From assembly GCA_003559395.1 (NCBI GenBank), contig PWLL01000105.1:1-6777 (forward strand): a stretch of 6,777 nt of DNA, in the 5' to 3' direction. Every line of letters starts with the position of its first letter. The first letter of the stretch is position 1. Positions 5,212-6,777 of this stretch are shown in pieces. Position numbers and translations under genes: made by a program. This DNA is from Candidatus Iainarchaeum sp. Lineage in GTDB: Archaea; Iainarchaeota; Iainarchaeia; Iainarchaeales; CSSED10-239. Under the pieces are notes generated by a model, which was not told the DNA's origin, did no database searches, and saw nothing but the letters and a program-made list of their open reading frames with translations.

Positions 5212-5751
5212 ATGAGACAAAACATTTATAAATTAAATATATTAAAATTAGATCATAGACCAGTAAGAGATAAAAGAATCACAACACATTGTGCATTAGT
5301 TGCCAGAGCTTTTGGTTGTTCAAACTTTTTTTATTCAGGAATAAATGACATCTATTTTGAAAATAATGTAAAAGACGTTTGTAAAAAATGGGGTGGTAAT
5401 TTTAAAAAAACTTATTTAGAAAAACCACTTTCATTTGTTAAAAAAGAAAAAAACGATGGAACCTTAATTGTTCACCTTACAATGTATGGAGAAGTAATTA
5501 CAGAAAAAATAAAACAAATAAAAACAAATAAAAAAATTCTTTTAATTGTTGGTGGTCCTAAAGTCCCTAAAGAATATTTTGAAATTGCAGATTATAATAT
5601 TGCGGTAGGATCACAACCACATAGTGAAGTTGCAGCAATATCTTTGTTTTTATATATATTTGATAATAAATTAATAGAGTCCTCATTTAATTCTGATTTT
5701 AAAATAATACCAAATAAAAATAAAAGAATAATTTATTCTCAAAAAAAATAA
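5212..5751 (+). CDS. trm56: tRNA (cytidine56-2'-O)-methyltransferase, archaeal aTrm56 (SPOUT family), 179 aa
   Basis: ORF 5065..5751 is trimmed to the ATG at 5212. Motifs LKLDHRPVRDKRITTHCALVARAFG, KKWGG, VHLTMYG, LLIVGGPKVPKEYFEIADYNIAVGSQPHSEVAAISLFL closely match the aTrm56 family as I recall it (for example the Pyrococcus enzyme). The upstream 49 codons of the track ORF are antisense to tRNA-Lys(UUU) or promoter DNA. Confidence 0.9.
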   Translation: MRQNIYKLNILKLDHRPVRDKRITTHCALVARAFGCSNFFYSGINDIYFENNVKDVCKKWGGNFKKTYLEKPLSFVKKEKNDGTLIVHLTMYGEVITEKIKQIKTNKKILLIVGGPKVPKEYFEIADYNIAVGSQPHSEVAAISLFLYIFDNKLIESSFNSDFKIIPNKNKRIIYSQKK

Positions 5752-5756
5752 TACTC

Positions 5757-5762
5757 TTTTTT
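5757..5762 (+). terminator. oligo-T tract (TTTTTTAA) 5 nt after the trm56 stop
   Basis: The sequence reads taa tactc TTTTTT aag. Archaeal intrinsic termination uses T-runs. T-runs are frequent in this genome, so specificity is limited. Confidence 0.4.
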
Positions 5763-5778
5763 AAGATGTTGTATCTTA

Positions 5779-5792
5779 ATATATATATAATA
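5779..5792 (+). promoter_or_regulatory. candidate TATA region (aatatatatataat) 30-43 nt upstream of the tfe ATG
   Basis: This is the only strong alternating TA block in the 70-nt trm56-tfe spacer. The exact box and transcription start cannot be resolved by eye. Confidence 0.25.
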
Positions 5793-5821
5793 AACAAACT
5801 AATTTAAAAAAAGAAAAATTT

Positions 5822-6406
5822 ATGGTTAAAAATAAAATAAATAAAATTATCTTAGAAGATAAGACCGTTTGTGATTTTTTAACGCAAATTGCAGGCCCTT
5901 TAGCACCAAACATTATTGATTTTTTTAAAAATGATTCAGAGTACACTCCAGAAATATTATCTAAAAAATTAAATGAAAAAATAACAAACGTAAGATTTAC
6001 ATTAAATAGTTTACATTATAGAGGTATTGCATGTTATAAAAGAAAAAAAATAGACAATAAATTTTGTGAATTTAACTGGACGATTAAACATAAAAAAATA
6101 TTAGAAATTGTTATTGAACAACAAATAGAAAAATATCAAGAATTAGATAAAGTGATAGGTGAAAAAAAAGATAGAGATTATTTTGCGTGCCCTAAAAAAT
6201 GTATTGAAATTCCTTTTGAAATTTCTGCAGCTTATAATTTTAAATGTCCAAACTGTAATTCAAATTTAGAATTAATTGATATTAAAAAAATGGTTGCAAA
6301 CATAAAAAGAAAAAAAACAAAAATAAAAAAAAATGTAGAAAAACTTAACAAAATGTTACAGTTGGTTGGAGATAAAGATTCAGATTATGTTTGTGAATCA
6401 ATATAA
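5822..6406 (+). CDS. tfe: transcription factor E, alpha subunit (TFE / TFIIE-alpha homolog): winged helix plus zinc ribbon, 194 aa
   Basis: The N-terminal winged-helix-like segment reads TPEILSKKLNEKITNVRFTLNSLHYRGIACYKRKK...FNW. The C-terminal four-Cys zinc ribbon reads YFACPKKCIEIPFEISAAYNFKCPNCNSNLELID. This matches the Y/FxCPxC...F(S/T)F(E/D)EA...FxCPxCG...L pattern of archaeal TFE. Confidence 0.85.
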   Translation: MVKNKINKIILEDKTVCDFLTQIAGPLAPNIIDFFKNDSEYTPEILSKKLNEKITNVRFTLNSLHYRGIACYKRKKIDNKFCEFNWTIKHKKILEIVIEQQIEKYQELDKVIGEKKDRDYFACPKKCIEIPFEISAAYNFKCPNCNSNLELIDIKKMVANIKRKKTKIKKNVEKLNKMLQLVGDKDSDYVCESI

Positions 6407-6411
6407 GGCTA

Positions 6412-6417
6412 TTTTTT
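6412..6417 (+). terminator. oligo-T tract (TTTTTTAA) 5 nt after the tfe stop
   Basis: The sequence reads taa ggcta TTTTTT aaaaa. It has the same motif and spacing as the tract after trm56. Confidence 0.4.
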
Positions 6418-6477
6418 AAAAACAAAAGCTTTATAAAAACTTTTATAGCTATATATATTATATAATTCTTCTTTTAA

Positions 6478-6485
6478 TTATATAA
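6478..6485 (+). promoter_or_regulatory. candidate TATA box (TTATATAA) about 32 nt upstream of the initiator tRNA 5' end
   Basis: The sequence reads cttttaaTTATATAAtaataaaaaattaataatatattctttt AGCGGGG. This would place the transcription start a few nt before 6514. Several alternative TA blocks lie nearby (6451..6466). Confidence 0.3.
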
Positions 6486-6513
6486 TAATAAAAAATTAAT
6501 AATATATTCTTTT

Positions 6514-6588
6514 AGCGGGGTGGGGCAGTCAGGAGTGCCCGTCGGGCTCATAACCCGAAGGTCGAAGGTTCAAATCCTTCCCCCGCTA
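6514..6588 (+). tRNA. initiator tRNA-Met (anticodon CAU), archaeal type, no encoded CCA
   Basis: The sequence reads AGCGGGG TG GGGC AGTCAGGAGT GCCC G TCGGG CTCATAA CCCGA AGGTC GAAGG TTCAAAT CCTTC CCCCGCT A. The A1:U72 pair and three consecutive G:C pairs (29-31:39-41) closing the anticodon stem are initiator hallmarks. The AGCGGGG opening is typical of archaeal tRNAi. Confidence 0.9.
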
Positions 6589-6596
6589 TAATCTAA

Positions 6597-6602
6597 TTTT
6601 TT
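6597..6602 (+). terminator. oligo-T tract (TTTTTTAA) 8 nt after the tRNAi-Met 3' end
   Basis: The sequence reads gcta taatctaa TTTTTT aaac. This is the third occurrence of the same motif directly after a plus-strand unit. Confidence 0.45.
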
Positions 6603-6644
6603 AAACAAACGTTTATTTGTGATTGATTTGTTGGACACAATATG

Positions 6645-6777
6645 TAAAAACAAACAAAACAACAAAAACGCAAAAAAACAAATAAAAACAAAAATAAAGC
6701 GTTAAAAAACCTTAAAAACAAAAATAAAATTAAAAAAGAACACAAAACAAATAAAAACGGTCTAAAAAGCGTTTAAA
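6645..6777. repeat. strand-asymmetric A/C-rich low-complexity tract with short exact direct repeats; non-coding; runs off the window edge
   Basis: My hand count of the 133 nt gives about 91 A, 18 C, 16 T and 8 G. Exact 15-mers: AAAACAAATAAAAAC at 6675..6689 and 6744..6758, and AAAAACAAAAATAAA at 6684..6698 and 6714..6728. The 8-mer AAAGCGTT occurs at 6696..6703 and 6766..6773. Stops occur in all three plus frames. There is no ATG (plus cat) on the minus strand. Confidence 0.5.

Noticed and set aside
6427-6450. Imperfect inverted repeat agctttataaaa-ac-ttttatagct after tfe, considered as a hairpin terminator or protein-binding palindrome
   Set aside because: It would form only an A/T-rich stem with a bulge and a 2-nt nominal loop, which is weak. 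The T6 tract at 6412..6417 already explains termination, and such palindromes are common in TA-rich spacers.
6607-6614. The 8-bp palindrome AAACGTTT and the ATG-TAA mini-ORF at 6642..6647
   Set aside because: They are too short to be meaningful on their own. The ATG is followed immediately by a stop codon. They are noted only as landmarks of the intergenic region.
6619-6626. gtgattga, considered as a possible box C (RUGAUGA) of a C/D sRNA downstream of tRNAi-Met
   Set aside because: It has an extra T relative to the consensus. No CUGA box D, C'/D' boxes or terminal stem lie within a suitable distance on either strand.
4902-6777. tRNA genes as integration sites for a mobile element or genomic island
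   Set aside because: No duplicated tRNA 3' segment, integrase, or compositional break flanks any of the four tRNAs. The neighbours are core housekeeping genes with the same composition.

Overview
This is a very AT-rich, tightly packed segment that I assign to an archaeon, possibly a small-genome or DPANN-like lineage (the lineage is inference). The archaeal call rests on a TFE-alpha homolog, aTrm56, an initiator tRNA with A1:U72, tRNA genes lacking encoded CCA, and TATA-box and oligo-T signals.

Minus strand, read right to left:
- Three tRNA genes (Lys-UUU, Lys-CUU, Phe-GAA) run into a bacterial-type mutS with no terminator between them. The spacer is 14 nt and carries GGAG.
- Six nt after mutS comes a 250-aa minimal ePK-like kinase or pseudokinase.
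- After a T7 tract and a TATA-like box come purF and then purD. purD overlaps purF as ATGA and is cut by the window edge.

Plus strand:
- aTrm56, divergent from the tRNA cluster across a 72-bp double-TATA spacer.
- TFE-alpha.
- Initiator tRNA-Met.
- A strand-asymmetric A/C-rich low-complexity tract with short direct repeats, running off the right edge.

I see no CRISPR array, transposase or integrase, or recognisable defence or toxin cassette. Most of the window is housekeeping.

The items most worth a second look are the orphan kinase-like ORF coupled to mutS, the apparent tRNA-mutS-kinase transcription unit, and a PIP-box-like extreme C-terminus on a bacterial-type MutS. Three ORF-track starts (purF, mutS, trm56) are trimmed to internal ATGs. 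Their extensions either run through tRNA genes or intergenic signals, or would bury the catalytic Cys1.
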